From positions 1-37,887 of the IMG/VR virus record IMGVR_UViG_3300049136_000011: 37,887 nt of DNA, one strand, 5' to 3'. This DNA is from a virus. Its lineage: Duplodnaviria; Caudoviricetes. Every line of letters starts with the position of its first letter. Positions within the stretch are counted from its first letter, which is position 1. Made by a program: the position numbers and the translations under genes. Of this stretch, positions 19,247 to 26,826 are shown piece after piece. The notes beneath the pieces are model-generated. The model worked only from the letters and a program-made list of their open reading frames with translations, ran no database searches and was not told the DNA's origin.

Positions 19247-19954
19247 ATGCCACGCATCACCTACGTCCCTTCACGGCGCATGGTCCACGCCGTCTGGTAC
19301 GCCGCTGCTGCAGTCCTGGCGGCACTCGTCATCTGGCTCGTGTGGGCGGTTGTACAAACCGACCAGCGACTCGAGGATGCCGACCAGAACTTGAGCACCA
19401 CAGCGAAGCGACTCGACGAAGCGCAAGCTGAACGACAGCAGCTCGTTCGCACTGCCGAGGCGAACGCCGAAGCAGCAGAGGCGCTGGCGCAGCAGTTGCG
19501 GCAGTTGGGTGAGCGACCCGTTGTGCAGCCTCCGTTGCCACCCCTTCCAATCCCTGGCCCACCCGGACTGCAAGGCCCGCAAGGGATGGCCGGACCTGAG
19601 GGTGACCGTGGACCGCGCGGCTTCATGGGACGCATCGGCCCATCCGGGCCCATCGGTGAGACGGGACCGCAAGGCCCGCAGGGTGAGCAGGGCGCGACCG
19701 GAGCCACTGGGGCGACCGGCCCAAAAGGGGAAACGGGGGCACCTGGGGCGACGGGTCCGCAGGGACCGCCCGGTGAGCGTGGCCCCGCGGGACCAGCCGG
19801 ACCCCCGGGACCAGCCGGCGCGGACGGCAGTGACGGGCGTGACGCCTACCCGTTCACCTTCACCTTCACGGTGCAGGTCAACCCGGCGCAGACACAGACG
19901 TTCACCTGCACCATCTCCGCACCCAATGAGGCCGTGACCTGTAGCTCGTCCTGA
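19247..19954 (+). CDS. Membrane-anchored coiled-coil/collagen-repeat protein
   Basis: N-terminal TM, coiled coil, Pro-rich hinge, 32 G-X-Y triplets, small two-Cys C-terminal domain. Confidence 0.85.
   Translation: MPRITYVPSRRMVHAVWYAAAAVLAALVIWLVWAVVQTDQRLEDADQNLSTTAKRLDEAQAERQQLVRTAEANAEAAEALAQQLRQLGERPVVQPPLPPLPIPGPPGLQGPQGMAGPEGDRGPRGFMGRIGPSGPIGETGPQGPQGEQGATGATGATGPKGETGAPGATGPQGPPGERGPAGPAGPPGPAGADGSDGRDAYPFTFTFTVQVNPAQTQTFTCTISAPNEAVTCSSS
19556..19843 (+). repeat. Collagen G-X-Y repeat, 32 uninterrupted triplets
   Basis: Counted from GPP GLQ GPQ to GAD GSD GRD. Confidence 0.95.
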
Positions 19955-19966
19955 CGGGAGACCCCC

Positions 19967-20134
19967 ATGCCGCCGTCTCGGGACGACGCCCAATACATCG
20001 CCAGTCTCGAGCGCGACAACCACCGGCTGCGCTGTGAGAACAGGCGCATCGCAGAAGAACTCGACTGGCGCGACGAGAAGATCCGCGTGCTGACGCGGGT
20101 TGTTGAGCGACTTATCCACGAGGAGAACCCGTGA
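19967..20134 (+). CDS. Small coiled-coil protein, 55 aa (not in ORF track)
   Basis: GGGAG SD; MPPSRDDAQYIASLERDNHRLRCEN...EENP*; stop overlaps the endolysin GTG. Confidence 0.7.
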   Translation: MPPSRDDAQYIASLERDNHRLRCENRRIAEELDWRDEKIRVLTRVVERLIHEENP

Positions 20135-20838
20135 GCTACTACCTGGCACCCTGCCTCAAGGCGCTCGGCGACGAAGTAACTGTCGCCTGGCCCAACGCTG
20201 ACAAGTGGCCCACCGTCTCCATCGGTGATGGCTGGGTCGGTGACACGAGCCATGCAGCACGCAAGTCTGACCACAACCCTGACTACTCCGCGGGGGGCGT
20301 GGTCCGCGCCGTCGACATCGGCATTGCTGGCCGTGACGCTGACCGCATCCTCGCCGCTGCCATCGGTGACCCGCGAGTCTGGTACGTCATCCACAAGGGG
20401 CGCATCTACTCACGCACCTACGGGTGGGTGGCTCGCGACTACAGCGGCAGCAACCCGCACAACCACCACATCCACATCTCGGCGCGCTCTGACCGGGCGG
20501 CCGAGAATGACACGTCACCGTGGGGCCTTGTCGCCGAGGTGTTGCCCGACCGGATGCCAAAGCTCCGCAAGATCAGCCTGTCTGGGGTGCGCGCACAGTT
20601 CATCGCCGCACGTGACGGCAAGCCCGTCAAGGTGTCCCCCGGCATCAAGCGCATCCAGCGTCGACTGAACCAGCTCTACAAGGCGCGGCTCACTGTCGAC
20701 GGACTCGCCGGCCCCGCAACCCTCCGAGCCTGGGGACGACATGAGCGCGCGACCTGCGGCATGGGTGGCGCACGCATCCCCGACAAGCACTCCCTCGCCG
20801 CGCTGTGCAAGGGCTCCATCTACCGAGTAGTGAAGTGA
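20131..20838 (+). CDS. Endolysin (probable M15-like Zn peptidase plus C-terminal PG-binding domain)
   Basis: GWVGDTSH...SDHNPD...VRAVDI...NPHNHHIHIS; C-terminal IQRRLN...LTVDGLAGPAT. Confidence 0.85.
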   Translation: MSYYLAPCLKALGDEVTVAWPNADKWPTVSIGDGWVGDTSHAARKSDHNPDYSAGGVVRAVDIGIAGRDADRILAAAIGDPRVWYVIHKGRIYSRTYGWVARDYSGSNPHNHHIHISARSDRAAENDTSPWGLVAEVLPDRMPKLRKISLSGVRAQFIAARDGKPVKVSPGIKRIQRRLNQLYKARLTVDGLAGPATLRAWGRHERATCGMGGARIPDKHSLAALCKGSIYRVVK

Positions 20839-20846
20839 GGCAACCC

Positions 20847-21038
20847 ATGACCAACCCCGCAACCACACCCGCCAGTGAGCAGGCCAAGGCCATCCTCGGC
20901 GCGATCCTCGCTGGACTCACCGCCCTCGGCACCGCCCTCGCTGACGAGCGGGTGACCCAGGGTGAGTGGATCGGCGTCACCATCGCGTTCGTCGGCACCT
21001 ACGCCACCGTCTTCGGTGTCCGCAACCGGGAGGCCTGA
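20847..21038 (+). CDS. Holin (2 TM)
   Basis: KAILGAILAGLTAL...VTQGEW...VFGVRN; directly after the endolysin. Confidence 0.85.
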   Translation: MTNPATTPASEQAKAILGAILAGLTALGTALADERVTQGEWIGVTIAFVGTYATVFGVRNREA

Positions 21039-21130
21039 TGCGCGTCCACCCCGGCTTCGCGGTGACCGTGTTCCTCTGCGCCCTCGCCGCACTGTTCGTG
21101 TGGCACTGGCTGCTCCCCCGCGTCTTCTAG
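21038..21130 (+). CDS. 30-aa single-TM micro-protein
   Basis: GGGAGG SD, TGATG overlap with the holin; MRVHPGFAVTVFLCALAALFVWHWLLPRVF*. Confidence 0.6.
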   Translation: MRVHPGFAVTVFLCALAALFVWHWLLPRVF

Positions 21131-21133
21131 GGG

Positions 21134-21204
21134 CATAAAAGACCCCCGCGCATTTGAGCATCGTCGAGAGGCTTGGCGGGGGTGCTGTTCTAACGATTGT
21201 AGCA
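21134..21204 (-). ncRNA. Candidate small RNA unit (extended -10 promoter, hairpin, U-tract)
   Basis: Minus strand reads TGC-TACAAT (21204-21196), then ACCCCCGC-26 nt-GCGGGGGT-CTTTTAT. Confidence 0.55.
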
Positions 21205-21253
21205 CGAGGTCTGACGACTATCCCCATTTCGCACAAGAAGTAAGGAATCCGCT

Positions 21254-21583
21254 ATGCCCATGAACGTCTCCTACTTGAACGCCATCCGTGACCACGGCCA
21301 GTCGCTCATCACCCACATCGGCCTCGTTGACGACCTGGGCGCAGCTGTAGCCACCCGCGAGGCCGTGACGTGGACCGACCCCGAAGATGGCCTCTCGCGC
21401 CCGTCTGCTGACATCGTTTTCGCTGTCACTGCGGGCACGACTGTCGCGGGTTGGCGCGGCTACTCTGCAGTGAGTGCGGGCACTGAGTATGGCGGCGCCG
21501 ACTTCACCGCTGTGTCGTTCTCCAACGACGGCACGTTCACCCTTCTCGCAGCCTCGACCAGCATCGACCACAACGCCGCCTGA
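21254..21583 (+). CDS. Small virion-associated protein, similar in pattern to 14269 and 14681
   Basis: TAAGGA SD; HIGL...REAVTW...IVF...TVAGWRGY...G pattern. Confidence 0.7.
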   Translation: MPMNVSYLNAIRDHGQSLITHIGLVDDLGAAVATREAVTWTDPEDGLSRPSADIVFAVTAGTTVAGWRGYSAVSAGTEYGGADFTAVSFSNDGTFTLLAASTSIDHNAA

Positions 21584-21585
21584 GC

Positions 21586-24027
21586 ATGACGGTTATCGCG
21601 CAGGCCCAAGGCGTCCACCCGCTGTTCGCGGGCACGGATACGCCTATCGGGGTCGACGAGGCGGGCACCCGCTGGGCCATCTCCTACCAGGGCGGCGGGC
21701 AGAAGCGCGCCGTGCTGGTGGCGACGTTCGCTTCTGGCGCTTCATTGGAGTTCAAGATCCCCGCGACCGGGATCACCAAGACGGGCAGTGTCGCGGCGTT
21801 CACCATCCCCGACTTCGGCAATGCGCAATGGGTCACCTACGCCGAGCACGTCAAGTTCGAGGTGCGCTTCCCGGCCGGCCCGCCCAAGGTGCAGACCATC
21901 TCGACGAACATCGCGCGCCTCGGCTGCGATCTCGTCTCCGATGGTGAGGGTGGGCTGACTGTCCTCTCGGGCGGCGTCAAGGTCGGCGCACTCCCTCGGC
22001 CGTGGCTCGACTACACGCCGGACGGTTCCGAGGACCGGACGCGCGTGTGGCTGAGCTGGACTGTGGCCGAGCCGCAGATGTCGCTAACCCTGCCGACACT
22101 GACGGCGAGCGAGTGGCAGACGGCGGTGCTCGACCCGACCGTCATCACCACCTCCACCGCGGGCACGGCGACCGCGTACTCCAACCAGCGGAAGATTGAC
22201 CGGTGCCAGAATGGCGTCCTGTGGTCGATGTTCTGGGATGGCACCTCCACCACCGGCACGTCGATGGACTTCTACTACTCCACTGACGACGGCGCGACGT
22301 GGGCCAAGGGTGGAGAGTTCGGGTTCGCTGGCACGGGCACCAGTTACACGCCTAACGGTTCGCTGTTCATCGACGTCGACGACTACGCCCACATTGCCTA
22401 CAAGGACCGCTCTAACGGCTACATCTATTACCGTCGTGGCACCCCGAACGCTGCTAGGACGGCGTGGACGTGGAGCGCGGCGACGACGGTGTACGGAGTG
22501 ACCGCCGGAGACTATCCCGACATTGTGGCCCACCGTGAGGGGGCGGGGTGGCGCGCGTGGGTTGCCCTAAGCTTCAACTCTGGCGCGCTGACGCACGCGA
22601 TGGTGTACCCCCTCACGATCACGTCAGACGGCACGGTGACAGTGGGGGCACGGGAGTGGCTTTCCCCTGATTACGCGGCTTCGGCTCACACTTACCCCTC
22701 TATCGACTTCAACCACACCGGCGACGGCAGGACCGTCGCTGGCTCCACCCCGCATCTATATGCAGCGTGGTCGGCTGGTGCAACCGGTTCCGGTAAGGGC
22801 ATCCGGTTCAAGAAGGCGACGTATTCGGGTGGGGCGTGGACGTGGGGCACGGAGCGGGAAATCGACTCCACGTCGTTCGCCAACGCTGGCCGTATCTCGT
22901 CGGCGTTCGACGGTACTCGGACGGTGATCGCCTACGCCGACAGTGCCGCCGCGAGCAACATCAAGGTCCGCGAGCGGGACGCTGGCGACACGACCACGAC
23001 CACGCTCACGCCCCCTGCCCTGTCTGACGGCGTGGTCACTGGCCTAACGGTCGCCTACGACAGCGACAAGAACATCCACCTCGGCGCAGTCGGGGCAACC
23101 TCCGCTGACCCGAAGGTGGTCAAGTACGACCGGGCTGCGGGCACCTGGGGCGCATGGGAAGCCCTCGCGACCACGACCACACAGGCCGACACGCTCACCG
23201 CTCGCAGGTTCGCGGACACGAGCGTCGACCTGCTGTACACCAGCGGCGCGGGGTCGCCCTACTCGGTGACTTACGGCGCGGTTGCTCTAGTCGCACCGTC
23301 ACAGGATGAGTCGGGTGGGGCTGCGGCCACAGTCAGCGTTACCTCGTCCGGGGCGGGCGTCGCTGGGGAACGGGCGTCAGGGGGCGCAGGCGCTTCTGTC
23401 GCCGTCACCACGTCGGGCACAGGCTCGCCCTCCGAAGCCGTCTCACGCGGCGCAGCGGCGACCACGACAGTCACCACGGCGGGCGCAGGGCAAGCGGTCG
23501 AGACTGTCGCCACGGGCGCAGCGGCAACGGTCAACCTCAGCGCAACCGGCGCGGGCAATGGAACCGAAGCCGCCACCTCGAGCGCAGCCACGTCCGTCAC
23601 GGTCACCACGGCAGGCGGCGGTGAGACTGCGACCGAAAGCAGCAGTGGATCAAGCGCCCGCATCACCATCAGCGCAACCGGCACAGGGGTGGCCCGTGAG
23701 AACGTCACGGGTGGCAGTGGTGCGACCGTCATCATCGTCGCCACGGGTGGCACAGCCGAACCGCAGGCCGAGAGTGGTGGGGCATCGGCAACCATCCAGA
23801 TCACCGCCTACACCGGCAGCGCGGCCACTGAGCGAGTATCGGCCGGCGCAGCGTCCCTTATCACCGTCCACACCACTGGACGCGGCACGGGCGGCGACCC
23901 AGCAGCGCGCGACCTATCCATCACCGCCAAGCTCGACCCAGCCCGGATGCGCGCAGCACTCGACCGCGACCGCATGAACGCCACCCTCAACCCCGACCGG
24001 CTCGCCGCACGCATGGAGGCACAGTGA
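21586..24027 (+). CDS. Large fibre/adhesin-like protein (Asp-box beta-propeller plus 22-aa repeat stalk)
   Basis: YYSTDDGATW Asp-box/BNR motif and several W-T-W-G blade-like motifs; Ser/Thr/Ala/Gly-rich C-terminal repeats. Confidence 0.75.
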   Translation: MTVIAQAQGVHPLFAGTDTPIGVDEAGTRWAISYQGGGQKRAVLVATFASGASLEFKIPATGITKTGSVAAFTIPDFGNAQWVTYAEHVKFEVRFPAGPPKVQTISTNIARLGCDLVSDGEGGLTVLSGGVKVGALPRPWLDYTPDGSEDRTRVWLSWTVAEPQMSLTLPTLTASEWQTAVLDPTVITTSTAGTATAYSNQRKIDRCQNGVLWSMFWDGTSTTGTSMDFYYSTDDGATWAKGGEFGFAGTGTSYTPNGSLFIDVDDYAHIAYKDRSNGYIYYRRGTPNAARTAWTWSAATTVYGVTAGDYPDIVAHREGAGWRAWVALSFNSGALTHAMVYPLTITSDGTVTVGAREWLSPDYAASAHTYPSIDFNHTGDGRTVAGSTPHLYAAWSAGATGSGKGIRFKKATYSGGAWTWGTEREIDSTSFANAGRISSAFDGTRTVIAYADSAAASNIKVRERDAGDTTTTTLTPPALSDGVVTGLTVAYDSDKNIHLGAVGATSADPKVVKYDRAAGTWGAWEALATTTTQADTLTARRFADTSVDLLYTSGAGSPYSVTYGAVALVAPSQDESGGAAATVSVTSSGAGVAGERASGGAGASVAVTTSGTGSPSEAVSRGAAATTTVTTAGAGQAVETVATGAAATVNLSATGAGNGTEAATSSAATSVTVTTAGGGETATESSSGSSARITISATGTGVARENVTGGSGATVIIVATGGTAEPQAESGGASATIQITAYTGSAATERVSAGAASLITVHTTGRGTGGDPAARDLSITAKLDPARMRAALDRDRMNATLNPDRLAARMEAQ
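23308..23895 (+). repeat. About 9 degenerate 22-aa protein repeats
   Basis: ESGGAAATVSVTSSGAGVAGER / ASGGAGASVAVTTSGTGSPSEA / VSRGAAATTTVTTAGAGQAVET and so on. Confidence 0.85.
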
Positions 24028-24326
24028 GAACCATCGACGTAACCTCAGGCGGCGCGGAGTACGTGACCGCCACCATCACCGAGCACGACGGGCAGGCACT
24101 CGACGCTGCGACAATCGCGGTCGGACTCGGCACACTCGAGGCCAAGCCGACCACCTGGCAGCCACCCGACGGGCTCACATTCCCCAGCGCCGGGGTCGCG
24201 AAGGCATCGCTGCTGATCGACTCCGCTGACCAGATCGGCGCGCGGCAAGCGTTGTGGGTCAAGGTCGGTGACGCTCCCGAGGTGCTGTACCGGGTGGCGG
24301 GGAATGACCTGATCACGGTGCTGTAG
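24024..24326 (+). CDS. Small virion-module protein
   Basis: GGAGG SD, GTGA overlap; EYV...W...ASLLI...LWVKVGDAPEV. Confidence 0.72.
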   Translation: MRTIDVTSGGAEYVTATITEHDGQALDAATIAVGLGTLEAKPTTWQPPDGLTFPSAGVAKASLLIDSADQIGARQALWVKVGDAPEVLYRVAGNDLITVL

Positions 24327-24376
24327 GCGCCAAGTATGCGGATCGTTCCCGCTGGGCGCATGATCCGCATACAACG

Positions 24377-24418
24377 AACACCCCCGCTTAGCCTTCGGGC
24401 CGAGCGGGGGTGTTTTGT
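24377..24418 (+). terminator. Intrinsic terminator ending the late transcript
   Basis: AACACCCCCGCT 24377-24388 pairs with AGCGGGGGTGTT 24403-24414; inner GCC-TTCG-GGC; followed by TTGT. Confidence 0.85.
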
Positions 24419-24443
24419 CATGCCCGCGGGAGGTCGGGCAGGT

Positions 24444-24590
24444 CTAGGGCTTGCGCTGCTTCGGGACGAACGGGGCGCGGACACGGTACGGCGCGAGGAG
24501 GGCCGGCAGTCCGAACGCGGCGACTCGGCGGCGGTAGGCGGCCTGCTCGCGGGCTGCGGCGAGGTGGGCTAGGCGGGTGGTGAGGGTCAT
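24444..24590 (-). CDS. Small basic protein, 48 aa (not in ORF track)
   Basis: GGGAG SD; MTLTTRLAHLAAAREQAAYRRRVAAFGLPALLAPYRVRAPFVPKQRKP*. Confidence 0.6.
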   Translation of the reverse strand: MTLTTRLAHLAAAREQAAYRRRVAAFGLPALLAPYRVRAPFVPKQRKP

Positions 24591-24608
24591 CGCTGGGCTC
24601 CCTGTTAT

Positions 24609-24660
24609 CGCGTGCGGTTCGACTTACCACGTGTGCACGAAGATACATGAACCGCACGCG
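24609..24660. other. attP: Predicted attP for the serine integrase
   Basis: 52 bp; perfect 12-bp inverted arms CGCGTGCGGTTC/GAACCGCACGCG; inner CGTG-TG-CACG symmetry around central TG (24634-24635); 80 bp upstream of int. Confidence 0.8.
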
Positions 24661-24739
24661 CCACGCTAGACTTTGACCAGACCGCAAATCTTCCTGTCCG
24701 AATCGGGAGGTTATGGGCAAATCTGGACGAAGGGACGCG

Positions 24740-26113
24740 ATGAAAGCCGCCGTTTACGTGCGAATCAGCCAGGACCACACTGGCGAAGGGCTCGGAGTCA
24801 GTCGTCAGCGCGAGGACTGCGTGGAGCTCGCCGCCTCCCTCGGGTGGGAGATCGTCGAGACATACACGGACAACGACACCAGCGCCACCAGCGGCAAGCC
24901 CCGCACCCACTACCGACGGATGCTCGCCGACATCGATGCGGGAGTCATCGAGGCTGTAGTCGCCTGGCACCCCGACCGCCTGTACCGCCGCGCCGTCGAC
25001 CTCGGTGAGCTGGTAGAGGTCTGCAAGAAACACAACGTCCAGGTAGCCACGGTCAAGGCTGGGTCGGTCGATCTCACCACCCCAACCGGGCGGCTCGTCG
25101 CCGGCCTGCTGGCTCAGGTCGCCACATATGAGGGCGAAGCAAAGGCTGATCGTTGGCGGCGGTCCATCCGGCAGCGACGCGAGGCCGGACAGGCGCCAGG
25201 GTGGGGGCCACGACTGTTCGGATACAACCGCGACGGCACCGTCAATGAGGACGAGCGCAAGGTAGTTGAGTGGATCGTCACTGAAATCACCGAGGGCACG
25301 AGCCTTACCCGCATGTGCCACAAACTCAACGCCGAAGGCATCACCACCACGCTCGGCAACCCCTGGCGGCTCGCGGCACTGCGCAAGCTCCTGCTGAACC
25401 CACGCCTCGCCGGATTCTCCACGATGAACGGTGACATCATCGGCCCCGGCACATGGGAACCGATCATCGATGCCACCGACTGGGAGACGGTGCGAGCGAT
25501 GGTGACAGTGAAGCGCACCACCCCCGTCCGCCCGCGCGTATCCCTGCTGGTCGGGCTCATCCACTGCGGAAAGTCCGGCTGTGGCGGCAAGATGGTCACC
25601 GCCGGTCGCGCCGGCCGCGGAGATAGTCCACCCCAGCGCATCTACCGCTGCGCCAATACCCCGGGCCATGAGGGCTGCGGCGGTGTATCAGTCGACGCGC
25701 ACGCGGTTGAGGAAGTCGTGGAGGAATACGCGCGCACCCGACTAGCCGACCCGCGCACACGGGCGGGGATCGAGCGCCTACGCGCGGTGGCCGGATCTGG
25801 TGACGACGCGCTCGAGTTGGCATCCCTCGAGGATCGGATCACCGAACTAGAGGCACAGCTTGACGAGCCAGGCGTTCCAGTGGCGACGATCCTCCGCGCC
25901 ATCGACCGCGCCAAGGAGAAGCGTGGAGAGCTGCTAGAACGGACCGCCCGCGCCGATCGGACCCCGCTGCCTACCCGTGGTGGCGAATGGCCGCAGGACC
26001 TGGCCCGCCGCGCCAACCTCGTGCGACTAGTGGTGGAGCGAGTCACGATCGAGCCCGCCAAGGTCGGTGGCGTGTTTGATCCAGAGCGAGTCAAGATCAA
26101 ACGGCGCGACTAG
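24740..26113 (+). CDS. int: Large serine integrase (alternative start 24713)
   Basis: AVYVRISQD catalytic Ser motif, DNDTSA, DRLYR, recombinase domain (LLLNPRLAG), Zn ribbon CGKSGC...YRC...C, coiled coil. Confidence 0.97.
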   Translation: MKAAVYVRISQDHTGEGLGVSRQREDCVELAASLGWEIVETYTDNDTSATSGKPRTHYRRMLADIDAGVIEAVVAWHPDRLYRRAVDLGELVEVCKKHNVQVATVKAGSVDLTTPTGRLVAGLLAQVATYEGEAKADRWRRSIRQRREAGQAPGWGPRLFGYNRDGTVNEDERKVVEWIVTEITEGTSLTRMCHKLNAEGITTTLGNPWRLAALRKLLLNPRLAGFSTMNGDIIGPGTWEPIIDATDWETVRAMVTVKRTTPVRPRVSLLVGLIHCGKSGCGGKMVTAGRAGRGDSPPQRIYRCANTPGHEGCGGVSVDAHAVEEVVEEYARTRLADPRTRAGIERLRAVAGSGDDALELASLEDRITELEAQLDEPGVPVATILRAIDRAKEKRGELLERTARADRTPLPTRGGEWPQDLARRANLVRLVVERVTIEPAKVGGVFDPERVKIKRRD

Positions 26114-26253
26114 TCCCGCAGGTACGCCTTGAGCGCCCGCACGATCACGTCAGTCAGTGTCTCGCCCTGGTCGTGCGCCTTGTTCATGGCCGCACGCCAC
26201 AGCTCGTCGTCGACGCGGATCGTATGGTTGGGCGTGGCGGGCTGGTTCGGCAC
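26110..26253 (-). CDS. Ribbon-helix-helix DNA-binding protein (not in ORF track)
   Basis: (M)PNQPATPNHTIRVDDELWRAAMNKAHDQGETLTDVIVRALKAYLRD*; in-frame ATG also at 26262. Confidence 0.8.
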   Translation of the reverse strand: MPNQPATPNHTIRVDDELWRAAMNKAHDQGETLTDVIVRALKAYLRD

Positions 26254-26301
26254 CTCACCCATGCTGGACACGGGTGCCAATGCACCCAGTCAGCGGCACC
26301 C

Positions 26302-26577
26302 CTAACGGACGCGCTGCAGCGGGACGGTGGGTTCACGCTGGCCAACATCGACTCCCAGCTCGAACGCATTGCGCATGAGGCGGTTGCTCGTCACGAAGTA
26401 GCGGCGGATTGTCGCCGTCCCCGCTGCGGCTGCGGTGGGGCAAGCCAGGGTCGCCAGGTAGATGTCGCGACCCTCCCATGACAGAAGCAACAAGGCCCCG
26501 GTCACCAACCACAGCAAACTCGCCACCGCGCACCCCAAGTTGATTGCCCGATCCTGCACGTTGCACGTTCCCTTCAT
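26302..26577 (-). CDS. Small membrane protein (start may be GTG 26559)
   Basis: Two hydrophobic segments; GAAGGGA SD before GTG 26559. Confidence 0.65.
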   Translation of the reverse strand: MKGTCNVQDRAINLGCAVASLLWLVTGALLLLSWEGRDIYLATLACPTAAAAGTATIRRYFVTSNRLMRNAFELGVDVGQREPTVPLQRVR

Positions 26578-26701
26578 GGGTCAAGAGTGGATTCGACCCC
26601 ACACCGCCGGCCCCGACCTCCCCCGGAGGCTGACGTTGCTGACCATACGACCCAGCACGGACAAAAGGGAGACCTGCGCCACAAATCGCCCGTTCCGTAA
26701 C

Positions 26702-26739
26702 AAAGACCCCCGCGCCCAACATGGGCTGCGGGGGTCTTT
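26702..26739. terminator. Bidirectional intrinsic terminator downstream of the repressor
   Basis: AAAGACCCCCGC pairs with GCGGGGGTCTTT; inner GCCCA/TGGGC. Confidence 0.85.
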
Positions 26740-26826
26740 CGTGCGTATCGTGGTGGAGCGCCGCGTGCTCGCTGGGCCTCTAATCCGCTGAGCACGCGGC
26801 GTCTACTGGAGGGGGCACTTCCTCGC

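Noticed and set aside
20999-21136. Minus-strand ORF downstream of the candidate small RNA as its cognate toxin
   Set aside because: Short, no SD, no HEPN R-x4-H context, and antisense to the holin and micro-protein
24334-24372. 11-bp inverted repeat as an alternative attP
   Set aside because: Only 39 bp, no symmetric core, and farther from int than the 52-bp site at 24609-24660
26583-26610. Minus-strand GTGGGGTCGAATCCAC resembling a tRNA T-arm
   Set aside because: Lacks the canonical GTTCGA, and no acceptor, D or anticodon arms or CCA could be built
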